The notes beneath the pieces are model-generated. The model did not search any database. It was not told the DNA's origin and saw only the letters and a program-made list of their open reading frames with translations. Positions 8,929-17,410 of a stretch of DNA of 32,000 bases are shown here, in pieces (the first letter of the stretch is position 1; each line of letters opens with the position of its first letter). The position numbers were made by a program, and so were the translations under genes. The DNA is from an archaeon (lineage in GTDB: Archaea > Iainarchaeota > Iainarchaeia > Iainarchaeales > CSSED10-239). The stretch spans positions 108,634 to 140,633 of the forward strand of contig DAOOUC010000001.1 in assembly GCA_035390665.1 (NCBI GenBank), in the 5' to 3' direction.

Positions 8929-9855
8929 ATGTCTTTAAAACTAGGGAAAATAAAATTAAAAAATAAAGGTATTCTTGCACCGATGTTAGAATATACAAAT
9001 CTTTCTTTTAGACAGCTTTGTGCAAAAAATAATTGTGCTTTGGCTTACACAGAGATGATTCACACTAGTTACATTTTAAATTCTCCAATAGACGAAATAA
9101 AAAATAAAACAAAAGATGAAGACTATCCTGTTTCTTTGCAGTTAGTTGGGGATTTTACAAATACTAAAGAAACAATTGATGCTTTTACTAAAGTTCAAGA
9201 CATAGAAGATTACGATATTATTGACTTTAATCTGGGATGTCCATCTCCAAAAATTGCAGCAGGAAAAGGAGGGGCAATTCTTCTTAAAGATATTTCAAAA
9301 GTTTCTAAAACTTTAAAAGAAATAAAAGAAATAAGCAATAAGCCAATAACTGCAAAAATTAGATTAGGATATGATAAAGATAATTCTAAAGATATTTTAA
9401 ATAAATTAGAACTTTCTGGAATTGATGCTTTAGCTATTCATGGCCGCTTAGGTGTTTCTGATTATTCAATACCTTCAGATTATAAAAAAGTAATTTCTTT
9501 AGCAAAAGAAACCTCTTTACCAATAATCTATAACGGAGATATTACTTTAGAAACTTCTGATTCTTTTAAAGGCATTGATGAATTTAGTGGATTAATGGTT
9601 GGAAGAGATGCCGTAAGAAACCCAAGTATTTTTTCTAAGATTGCAGGTATCAAACAAAAAACAATCCAAGAAAATATTTCTTTGTTTTTAAAGATTTCAA
9701 AAAAATACAATAACTCAATAATAAATCAAAAACTTGTACTTCTACAAATGCTTGCGGGTTTTAGTGGAGCAAGACAATTGAGAGCGAAATTAACAACTTT
9801 AAAAACACAAGAAGAATTAGATTTGTTTTTAGAAAAACACAAAATAGACAATTAA
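8929..9855 (+). CDS. dus: tRNA-dihydrouridine synthase (Dus family, FMN TIM barrel)
   Basis: LAPMLEYTNLSFRQLC, DFNLGCPSPKIAAGKGGAILL (catalytic Cys loop), AKIRLG, AIHGR, NGDI. Confidence 0.8.
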   Translation: MSLKLGKIKLKNKGILAPMLEYTNLSFRQLCAKNNCALAYTEMIHTSYILNSPIDEIKNKTKDEDYPVSLQLVGDFTNTKETIDAFTKVQDIEDYDIIDFNLGCPSPKIAAGKGGAILLKDISKVSKTLKEIKEISNKPITAKIRLGYDKDNSKDILNKLELSGIDALAIHGRLGVSDYSIPSDYKKVISLAKETSLPIIYNGDITLETSDSFKGIDEFSGLMVGRDAVRNPSIFSKIAGIKQKTIQENISLFLKISKKYNNSIINQKLVLLQMLAGFSGARQLRAKLTTLKTQEELDLFLEKHKIDN

Positions 9856-10533
9856 AAGTATAAGTAAAACTATCAAAAAAGATTTCCAATTTCTAAATAT
9901 AAACAGAAATATATTTTTAAAAAATTCAAATACATATTCTAAAAATTTTTTTGGATCTTTGATTTCATCAAGCATTTCAATAAAAAGGTCTTTATTGTCT
10001 TTTGTTTTTTGATTAATAATATTAAAATTATTAATTTTACCTAAAACCGCATCAAGAGAAAGTTCATGGTTTTCAAAATTACATTTCCAAATCGGGATGT
10101 ACATTTCTTCAAACCCACTTAAAGTTAAATTGTCTTTATCTACTTCAAATTTACAAGATAGCATTTTAGCAATTATGTCTTGCGCTTCAGCTTTAGTAAG
10201 TAGTGATTTTTTTAATCTTATCTCTACTTTTTCAAGGGCAATATCAATGGTGTCTATATTTTGAGGGGTTTCATGCTCTAATAGTTTAAGATATTCTTCT
10301 TGAGATCTATTTGTTAAAGAATTTAGTGCAACTTGCCCAGTATAATGCTTATACACGTTGTTTTTTTTAGAATCAACATCATAGAAACAGACCCAAAAAG
10401 GGACAATATTAAGGTGGAAGTTATTTTTAGTAATATTCACCTTATGTCCTTTCCTGTTAAATTCTTTTTGAACTATAGAAACTGCTTCTTCAAGAGTTAT
10501 CTTAACAGGAAAAGCATTCTTGTTTAATTTCAT
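9829..10533 (-). CDS. hypothetical tail-anchored membrane protein with an internal two-fold repeat
   Basis: 234 aa with a C-terminal TM helix (SFLIVLLILLIVYFVFF). Two modules of about 45 aa each start with T-x-x-EA-x-x-I(V/I)-x-K and end with (V/I)P(F/I)W-x-C-x-(Y/F). Lies 13 nt downstream of sepF on the same strand. Confidence 0.5.
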   Translation of the reverse strand: MKLNKNAFPVKITLEEAVSIVQKEFNRKGHKVNITKNNFHLNIVPFWVCFYDVDSKKNNVYKHYTGQVALNSLTNRSQEEYLKLLEHETPQNIDTIDIALEKVEIRLKKSLLTKAEAQDIIAKMLSCKFEVDKDNLTLSGFEEMYIPIWKCNFENHELSLDAVLGKINNFNIINQKTKDNKDLFIEMLDEIKDPKKFLEYVFEFFKNIFLFIFRNWKSFLIVLLILLIVYFVFF

Positions 10534-10546
10534 TTTTTAAATGAAT

Positions 10547-10891
10547 TTATCTTTTTTTAACAATTTTTACTTTTGATGGTGTTAAAAGAATCTTTGATGG
10601 TGAGATCATTGCAAGGTCTCCGCCTGTATCTTTAACAAACATCTTAATTTGTCCTAAAAATTGTTTTGCTCTTTGAGCATTTCTTTTTGTTAAGTTCTCA
10701 ACATCTAAAAGAACAAGATTTTTTTGTTTTAATTCTTTTATTGTTTCTTCAACTTCTGCGTTTGTTTGTAAGCTGATTGGTTTTACCCAAAAGTCTACGT
10801 CTTCTGGTTCTTCCTCAACTTCCATATTGTTTAAGTAGTCGTCTACGTCTAGGTCTTCTCTTTTTGAGAAAACGCCGTCAAAAAATGCCAT
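10547..10891 (-). CDS. sepF: archaeal SepF-like cell-division protein (FtsZ membrane anchor family)
   Basis: 114 aa. Acidic linker (DVDDYLNNMEVEEEPEDVD), then VKPISLQTNAEVEETIKELKQKNLVLLDVENL ... VKDTGGDLAMISPSKILLTPSKVKI, collinear with archaeal SepF. Short hydrophobic N-terminus MAFFDGVF. GAGGTGG Shine-Dalgarno upstream. Confidence 0.75.
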   Translation of the reverse strand: MAFFDGVFSKREDLDVDDYLNNMEVEEEPEDVDFWVKPISLQTNAEVEETIKELKQKNLVLLDVENLTKRNAQRAKQFLGQIKMFVKDTGGDLAMISPSKILLTPSKVKIVKKR

Positions 10892-11084
10892 GTTTCTCCA
10901 CCTCTAATTTTTCCCCTTTTTATTTAATTTAAAATACTAGTAATAAATATATTGAACCAAAATATATAAAAACGAATTGTTGTATATGCGGTTGTTTTTT
11001 TCTAAAAAAATAAAAGCAAATGCTTTTAAATACATATAGTTTAATTAGCACTAATTTATATGGTTTTTTGGTTATATATTCTAT

Positions 11085-12248
11085 ATGAAATATACTCACA
11101 TTATTATTCATTATTCAGAGATTGCAATTAAGAAAGACAATAGAAGTACTTTTGAAAATATTCTTATTAAAAATCTAAAAGAGTGTCTAGCGATTGATGT
11201 TTCTCAAATCTACAAACGATTTGGAAGAGTTATTTGTGTATTATCAGAAACCGCAAATTTAGAAAATATTAAATTCACTCTATCTAAAATACCAGGGGTT
11301 CATAGTTTTTCTTTTTGTTTAACAACAGTTCAAGATTTAGAAGAAATTAAAAAAACAGCAAAAGATATTGCAGAAAATACAACCTTTGAAAATTTCAGAG
11401 TATCTTCTAAAAGATCATTTAAGGGCTTTAAGTATACTTCTCAAGAAATTGATAGGCTTGTTGGCGAAGAAATCTTTGAAAATCTTAAAAAGAAAGTAAA
11501 ATTAAAAAATCCAGAACTAGAAATTAATATTGAAGTTACAGAAAAGGAAGTTTTTGTTTATACTAATAAAGAAACACATATAGGAATTGGTGGACTTCCA
11601 GTTGGTTCAACAGGAACTGTAGTGTGCTCTCTTTCTGGGGGAATTGATAGTCCTGTTTCAGGGTATATGCTAAACAAAAGAGGGTGTAAGGTAGTTTATG
11701 CACACATTCAAAGTAATAATCTAGTAACAAAAGAAGTTGAAGAAAAAATCTTTAAGCTTTGTTCTACTTTAAGAAACTATCAAGGAAGAACAAAACTAAT
11801 AGTAATTCCTTTTTCTGAGATTCAAAAACAATTGTTAATGGTTGTTCCTGCAGATTATAGAATGATAATTTATAGAAGATTTATGTTTAGAATAATTAAC
11901 AAGTTAGCAGAAAAAGAAGGCGCTCTTGGAATTGTTACAGGAGACTCTGTCGGTCAAGTTGCTTCTCAGACACTTGAAAACTTAAACTGTATTTATGAGG
12001 CTTCAAAGCTTCCAATTTTTTCCCCATTGATTGGTTTAAACAAAGACGAGATTATTGAAATTTCTCAAAAGATTGGAACCTATGATATTTCAATTATGCC
12101 ATATCCTGACTGTTGTTCCTTTATGGTTGCAAGGCACCCTAAGACAAGAGGAAAGATTGAAGAAGTAAAAGACATTGAAAGCAACATCAAGAATATTGAT
12201 GCATTAGTAGATGATGCAATATCAAAAGCAAAAGAGCACATCTTTTAA
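11085..12248 (+). CDS. thiI: tRNA 4-thiouridine synthase ThiI (THUMP + PP-loop, no rhodanese domain)
   Basis: HYSEIAIKKDNR (N-terminal ferredoxin-like/THUMP region), PP-loop SLSGGIDSPV, GDSVGQVASQTLENL, PLIGLNKDEII. Confidence 0.85.
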   Translation: MKYTHIIIHYSEIAIKKDNRSTFENILIKNLKECLAIDVSQIYKRFGRVICVLSETANLENIKFTLSKIPGVHSFSFCLTTVQDLEEIKKTAKDIAENTTFENFRVSSKRSFKGFKYTSQEIDRLVGEEIFENLKKKVKLKNPELEINIEVTEKEVFVYTNKETHIGIGGLPVGSTGTVVCSLSGGIDSPVSGYMLNKRGCKVVYAHIQSNNLVTKEVEEKIFKLCSTLRNYQGRTKLIVIPFSEIQKQLLMVVPADYRMIIYRRFMFRIINKLAEKEGALGIVTGDSVGQVASQTLENLNCIYEASKLPIFSPLIGLNKDEIIEISQKIGTYDISIMPYPDCCSFMVARHPKTRGKIEEVKDIESNIKNIDALVDDAISKAKEHIF

Positions 12249-12272
12249 TGCTTTTGTTCATCTATTTAATTT

Positions 12273-13832
12273 ATGTTTTCAATAAACTTAAATCAAAAGA
12301 AAAAGGCCCTTGAACCACTTATTGCAACTATTTTGTTAATAGTTGTTTCTGTAATTTTAGTTACAATTGTTTTAACTTGGGGCAAGAACTTTTCAGTAGA
12401 AGAATTAAATAAAACAAATAATATTATTTACGTAAAATCAGATATAAGTAACTATATACAATATAAAACAAGAAGTAATACAACAAGCGAAAACAACATT
12501 TTAGAAATAAAAAATATACATCCAACAGAAACTGCAACAATTGTCGGATATAAGATATTATCTCCAAATAGTAAATTTAGATTTTTAGACGATTATCAAT
12601 TTAGTCTTGATGAAAATGCTACATTATCTCCCGGTCAATCAATTTTTTTAGGATTAGCCTGTACGCCAGAGCAAACATTTAATGTTGAATTATTAACAAG
12701 TGATAGCAAATATATTTTTATAAAATATAATAGTCTTAATTCTAGTCCAGCAAGTTGTATAAAAGACATGGATTTTGGTTGGCATCACGCATGTGTGGTT
12801 TTAGCAACGGGCAAAGTAAAATGTTGGGGGCGAAATGATAATGGCCAATTAGGAGATGGCACAATAGCTCAAAAAAAAATACCAATAGAGGTCTTAGATA
12901 TAAATTCAGGGGTTGCAATAACCGCCGGAGATTTACACACGTGTGTTGTTTTGAGTTCAGGAGAAATAAAATGTTTTGGAGATAATCCTTATGGTCAATT
13001 AGGTAATCAAAATACAACAGATAGCAACTTTCCAGTAACTGTTTTGGGAATAAATAATGCAATAAAAGTTTCAGGTGGTTGTTGGCACACATGCGCATTA
13101 CTAAATACTGGTGAAATAAACTGTTGGGGGGCAAATACAAATGGCCAATTAGGTAATGGTACAAAGACAAATAGTTTAATACCAGTTTCTGTTATTGATT
13201 CAAATAATGATATTATTACAAACTTTGTAGATGTAAAAGTAGGCTGTACTAATAGTTGTGCATTACTAAATAACGGACAAATAATGTGTTGGGGTAATAA
13301 TCAATATGGGAAGTTAGGAGATGGCACAACAACAGATAAAAATACTGCAACACCCGTTTTAAATGTGGAAAATGCAATGCAAATAAGTATTGGTTCAGAA
13401 TATGGTGGTTGCTTGCGAGAGCACAACGGAACAGTTAAATGTTGGGGGCGAAATAATTTTGGACAAATTGGAGATGGCACAAACACAGATCAGAACACAC
13501 CTACACAAGTTTTACAAATTACAGATGCAATAGATATTGATAGCGGGAATGGTCACAATTGCGCAGTCCTATCCAATAATGAATTAAAATGTTGGGGACA
13601 AAATAGTGCCGGGCAATTGGGGGACGATACATGGGTAAATAAATCTGTACCCACCACCACAGTAAATTTAATTGATTCAAAAGACGTGGTTCTAGGAGAT
13701 GAATTTAGTTGTGTTAAATCAATATATGGTGAATTAAGATGTTTTGGCAGTAATGGTCAAGGGCAGTTAGGTTTAGGAAATACAACTGCCAGTAAAGTTC
13801 CGTTAGATATAAATAATTCTTTTTATGATTGA
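12273..13832 (+). CDS. archaeal type IV pilin-like protein fused to a seven-blade RCC1 beta-propeller
   Basis: N-terminus MFSINLNQKKKALEPLIATILLIVVSVILVTIVLTWGKNF is a class III signal plus pilin helix. Its first ~45 aa closely match the pilins at 27301 and 27805. Residues ~165-519 carry seven repeats of the RCC1 hairpin C(W/F)G-x-N-x-x-GQLG-(D/N)-G-T. Confidence 0.8.
   Translation: MFSINLNQKKKALEPLIATILLIVVSVILVTIVLTWGKNFSVEELNKTNNIIYVKSDISNYIQYKTRSNTTSENNILEIKNIHPTETATIVGYKILSPNSKFRFLDDYQFSLDENATLSPGQSIFLGLACTPEQTFNVELLTSDSKYIFIKYNSLNSSPASCIKDMDFGWHHACVVLATGKVKCWGRNDNGQLGDGTIAQKKIPIEVLDINSGVAITAGDLHTCVVLSSGEIKCFGDNPYGQLGNQNTTDSNFPVTVLGINNAIKVSGGCWHTCALLNTGEINCWGANTNGQLGNGTKTNSLIPVSVIDSNNDIITNFVDVKVGCTNSCALLNNGQIMCWGNNQYGKLGDGTTTDKNTATPVLNVENAMQISIGSEYGGCLREHNGTVKCWGRNNFGQIGDGTNTDQNTPTQVLQITDAIDIDSGNGHNCAVLSNNELKCWGQNSAGQLGDDTWVNKSVPTTTVNLIDSKDVVLGDEFSCVKSIYGELRCFGSNGQGQLGLGNTTASKVPLDINNSFYD
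12765..13829 (+). repeat. seven tandem RCC1-type coding repeats (about 50 aa / 150 nt period)
   Basis: Blade cores: KCWGRNDNGQLGDGT, KCFGDNPYGQLGNQN, NCWGANTNGQLGNGT, MCWGNNQYGKLGDGT, KCWGRNNFGQIGDGT, KCWGQNSAGQLGDDT, RCFGSNGQGQLGLGN. DNA-level similarity is visible, e.g. aaatgttgggggcgaaat at both about 12821 and about 13437. Confidence 0.8.
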
Positions 13833-13837
13833 TTTTT

Positions 13838-14875
13838 ATGACAGATAAAAGAGTGGTTGTTGGTGTTTCTGGTGGCGTAGACTCAAGTATGGCTCTTGTA
13901 GTTCTTCAGAATAAAGGCTATACACCAATTGCAGTTTCATTAAAGCTTCCTGTTTGGATTGGGGCAACTTGTAAAGAAAATTCTTGTTGTACGGATAAGT
14001 CAATTGCTATTGCAAAAGATGTTTGTAAAAAATTAGGAATAGAACATCACATAGTTGATGAAAGAAAAAACTTTGAAAAAGAAGTTGTTGGTTATTTTAA
14101 AAAAGAATTAAAGAATAACAGAACTCCAAATCCTTGTGTTGTGTGTAATAGATTTTCTAAGATTAAAGCACTTATAGATTTTGCAGACAAGCACAAAATC
14201 CCTTTTGTTGCAACAGGGCATTATGCTAAGATAAAAGAAGGTTCTCTTTGTAAACCAAAAGATAAAGAGAAGGATCAAACCTATGGTCTTTGTCTTCTAA
14301 GAAAAGAATGGTTAAAAAGAATTATTTTTCCATTAGAGGATTTGACTAAAGAACAAGTTTATAAGTTAGCCCAGAAGCAAGATTTTGATTATTTTTCTAA
14401 AACTAAGCAAAGCCAAGATTTTTGTTATGTCTCAGGAAATGATATTTCTAAGTTTATTGAAAAAGAGTTAGGAAATAAACCAGGAAATATTGTTACAACA
14501 ACAGGAGAGATTCAAGGAAAGCATAATGGTTTATGGTATTACACTCTAGGCCAAAGAAGAGGGCTTGGAAGAAATGGCACAAAGTATTATGTGTGTGGAT
14601 TTGATACTAAAAAAAATCAGTTAATTGTCACAAGTTCTCTTGAAAGTAAAATTAAAGAAATTATTATTGAAAAAGTAAATCTTTTAGATAAACTTCCAAA
14701 AAAAATTAAAGTTAAAGTAAGGTACACACCAAACGAGATTCCTGCAAAAATACAATTGCTTTCAAATAATACTGCAAAAGTTATTTTTGATAACCCCCAG
14801 GCTGTTGTTACTCCCGGACAATTCTGTGTGTTTTATTCTAAAGATAAATGCCTTGGTGGAGGAATCATAAAATGA
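13838..14875 (+). CDS. mnmA: tRNA-specific 2-thiouridylase MnmA (PP-loop ATPase)
   Basis: VVVGVSGGVDSS PP-loop, TPNPCVVCN (catalytic Cys), KDQTYGL, SQDFCYV (second catalytic Cys), GGGII C-terminus. The track start at 13829 is TTG; the first ATG is at 13838. Confidence 0.85.
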   Translation: MTDKRVVVGVSGGVDSSMALVVLQNKGYTPIAVSLKLPVWIGATCKENSCCTDKSIAIAKDVCKKLGIEHHIVDERKNFEKEVVGYFKKELKNNRTPNPCVVCNRFSKIKALIDFADKHKIPFVATGHYAKIKEGSLCKPKDKEKDQTYGLCLLRKEWLKRIIFPLEDLTKEQVYKLAQKQDFDYFSKTKQSQDFCYVSGNDISKFIEKELGNKPGNIVTTTGEIQGKHNGLWYYTLGQRRGLGRNGTKYYVCGFDTKKNQLIVTSSLESKIKEIIIEKVNLLDKLPKKIKVKVRYTPNEIPAKIQLLSNNTAKVIFDNPQAVVTPGQFCVFYSKDKCLGGGIIK

Positions 14876-15519
14876 ACAAAAAAAAGATTATTGAGAAAAC
14901 AAAAGAATTTGTAAAAACAGAAATGTTAAAAGGAGATCCAGGACACGATTGGTCACATGTTTTAAGAGTCAACAACATTGCAAAGAAAATTGCAAAGAAA
15001 GAAAAAGCAGACATCTTTATTGTAGAACTTTCAATTTTGTTTCACGATATAGCAGATTCAAAATTTACAGATGGAGATGAAACTATTGCTCCAAAGAAAA
15101 TAACTAATTTCTTGGAGTCTTTAAAAGTTGATAATGAAACCATTGAAAAAATAAACTATATAGTGGAACATATGTCTTTTAAGAAAAATCAACCAATAGA
15201 AAAAAGTACAGAATTTAAAGTGGTTCAAGACGCAGATAGATTAGATGCAATCGGGGCAATCGGTATTGCTCGTGCTTTCTCTTTTGGAGGATATAAGAAT
15301 AGATTAATGTATAATCCAGACGAAAAACCAAATCTTAATCAATCAAAAGAGCAATATGTTAAAGCAGAAGGCACAACAATAAATCATTTTTATGAAAAGC
15401 TTTTGCTTCTAAAGGATTTAATGAACACAGAAACAGCAAAAAAAATTGCAGAAAAAAGACACAAAGTTATGGAAAAATACTTAGAACAATTTTACAAAGA
15501 ATGGAATGGAAAAGCATGA
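14872..15519 (+). CDS. HD-domain metal-dependent phosphohydrolase
   Basis: HDWSHVLRV ... LFHDIAD ... VQDADRLDAIGAIGIARAF. The ATG at 14872 overlaps the mnmA TGA (ATGA junction). The track start at 14848 lies inside mnmA. Confidence 0.75.
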   Translation: MNKKKIIEKTKEFVKTEMLKGDPGHDWSHVLRVNNIAKKIAKKEKADIFIVELSILFHDIADSKFTDGDETIAPKKITNFLESLKVDNETIEKINYIVEHMSFKKNQPIEKSTEFKVVQDADRLDAIGAIGIARAFSFGGYKNRLMYNPDEKPNLNQSKEQYVKAEGTTINHFYEKLLLLKDLMNTETAKKIAEKRHKVMEKYLEQFYKEWNGKA

Positions 15520-16079
15520 ATAATATTTATTATTTTATGAGACATGGTCAAAGTCTTGCAAACCTTAAGCATTTAGTTATTAGTTCTCCAGATAACGGTG
15601 TTAAACATTATGGACTTTCGGCTCTAGGTAAAAAACAAGCTTTAGAATCAATATCCAAGAATAAAGATCTTGACAAGAACACAATAATTTATTCTTCTGA
15701 TTTTAAAAGAGCAATAGAAACAGCAGAAATTGTAAGCAGTTATCTAAAAACAAAAAAACCAATTTTAAGAAAAGAATTAAGGGAAAGATTTCTTGGAGTT
15801 TATGAAAAAGGCAAAGATAATATGTATCATAAACTTTGGGAAGAAGATATAAAAGGAAAAACACTAAAAAGTGTAGAGCCAGTAACTTCTGTTGAAAAAA
15901 GAGTAGAAAAATTAATTAAAGAAATAGAAACCAAATATAAAAATAAAAAAATTATTTTTGTAACTCACGGAGATATTATTAGTATAGGTCTTTCTATTAT
16001 TAATAATAAAGAAATAATTAAACATCACCAGATCTATTCCATACTTGAGAATGCAGAAATAAGAAAAGCAAACAAATAA
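15516..16079 (+). CDS. histidine phosphatase superfamily protein (phosphoglycerate-mutase-like)
   Basis: YFMRHGQSLAN (RHG catalytic motif), SSDFKRAIETA, FVTHGD. The ATG at 15516 forms an ATGA overlap with the upstream stop. Confidence 0.7.
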   Translation: MNNIYYFMRHGQSLANLKHLVISSPDNGVKHYGLSALGKKQALESISKNKDLDKNTIIYSSDFKRAIETAEIVSSYLKTKKPILRKELRERFLGVYEKGKDNMYHKLWEEDIKGKTLKSVEPVTSVEKRVEKLIKEIETKYKNKKIIFVTHGDIISIGLSIINNKEIIKHHQIYSILENAEIRKANK

Positions 16080-16192
16080 TTTGCTTTTCAAATTCAACAC
16101 ACTTAAAAAGGCTTTTGTTCTTAATATATAATATTCTCTAGTGAAATAAAGATAGGTAATAGATTATTTTAAATTTGGAGAAAAGAGAAAGA

Positions 16193-17410
16193 ATGGCAGA
16201 GAATATTTTTTATAATTTTTTAAATGAAAATTCGGTTTTTACAGATAAATCAAAGATATCTCCACATTATGCTCCAGAAAAACTTCCTTTTAGAGATGAA
16301 CAAATAAAGGATTTATCTTTATGGCTCTCTCCAATTTTAAAAAAAGCAAAACCACATAATGTTTTTATTTATGGTAAAGTTGGAACAGGAAAAACAACAG
16401 TTGTTAAGCACGTTACAAGTCAATTAGAAAAGTTTTCTAAAGACCAGCATTTACCATTACAAACAGTTTATTTAAATTGTAGAAATTATCAAACAAAATA
16501 CACGGTTTTAGTGTATTGCGTTCAATTATTTTATCCTGATCAAAATTTCTTTGGTTATTCTAGATCTTTTATTTATGATAAATTTCTAACATTTATTAAA
16601 GAAAATAAAATTAATTTTGTTTTGATTCTTGATGAAGTGGACAAAGTTAAAGAAAAAGAAATTGATGATTTAATTTATACACTTACAAGAACAAACGATG
16701 AACTTGAAGGGGGTTCTGTTTCAATTATTGGAATCTCAAATAATCTTTTCTTTAAAAACAATTTAGATTCAAGAACAAAAAGTACTCTTTGTGAACAAGA
16801 AGCGGTCTATCCCCCATATAATGCAGATGAATTAAGAGATATTTTAGATCAAAGAATAGATATTGCATTTAAAAAAAACGTAGTTGATAGTTCTGCGATT
16901 AATGCAGCAGCTGCAATTGCTGCAAAAGAATCAGGAGATGCAAGAAGAGCAGTTATGTTGTTACTTAGGGCCGGAGAGATTTCTGATTTAAATAATCTTC
17001 CAAAAGTAACAGATAAAGAAGTTTATGAAGCAAAAGAAAAAGTTGAACAAGAGGTTATGAAAAGTATGGTTTTAACTCTTCCAGTTCAACTACAATTAGT
17101 TTTATTTGCAATTGCAGAAAGTTCTTTAAAACCAAAAGGGATTTTAGCAATGTCAGGTATGGAAACAACAGATTCAAATGTTTTATACTCTGGAGAAATC
17201 TACGATAAATATTGTTCTCTTTGTGATAAATATTCTGAAAAAGGAGTTTCAATAAGATGGTTTAGAGAATATATTACTGAACTTGAAACATATGGTTTTA
17301 TTTCTACAACAATTTCAGGAAAAGGAGTTAAAGGAAATACAACTCTTATAAGACTAGGCGTAGATGCACAGAGTATTATTGATTTGTTAAAACCAGAATT
17401 TAATAATTAA
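16193..17410 (+). CDS. cdc6: Orc1/Cdc6 replication initiator (AAA+ plus winged helix)
   Basis: LPFRDEQIKDL, Walker A IYGKVGTGKTT, Walker B LILDEVD, GISNN, sensor-2 GDARRAVMLLLRAGE, C-terminal wH. The track start at 16175 is TTG; the first ATG is at 16193. Confidence 0.9.
   Translation: MAENIFYNFLNENSVFTDKSKISPHYAPEKLPFRDEQIKDLSLWLSPILKKAKPHNVFIYGKVGTGKTTVVKHVTSQLEKFSKDQHLPLQTVYLNCRNYQTKYTVLVYCVQLFYPDQNFFGYSRSFIYDKFLTFIKENKINFVLILDEVDKVKEKEIDDLIYTLTRTNDELEGGSVSIIGISNNLFFKNNLDSRTKSTLCEQEAVYPPYNADELRDILDQRIDIAFKKNVVDSSAINAAAAIAAKESGDARRAVMLLLRAGEISDLNNLPKVTDKEVYEAKEKVEQEVMKSMVLTLPVQLQLVLFAIAESSLKPKGILAMSGMETTDSNVLYSGEIYDKYCSLCDKYSEKGVSIRWFREYITELETYGFISTTISGKGVKGNTTLIRLGVDAQSIIDLLKPEFNN

Noticed and set aside
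10929-11111. 60-aa ORF in the sepF/thiI divergent intergenic region
   Set aside because: It overlaps the thiI start and the AT-rich promoter region, its translation is nonsense-like, and it is more likely promoter DNA.
12742-13170. 142-aa (and 61-aa, 13301-13486) ORFs antisense to the RCC1 repeats
   Set aside because: The periodic RCC1 coding repeat keeps the opposite strand open by chance. The sense strand carries seven clean RCC1 blades, whereas the antisense product has no features.
16080-16192. Replication origin upstream of cdc6: TCTAGTGAAAT at about 16136-16146 resembles a mini-ORB core TCCAGTGGAAA, and TCCAGTG also occurs at 31992-31998
   Set aside because: Only one degenerate copy lies next to cdc6, with no inverted partner or repeated ORB set. 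The gap is just ~110 bp, and AT-richness is not distinctive in this genome. Evidence is insufficient to call an origin.
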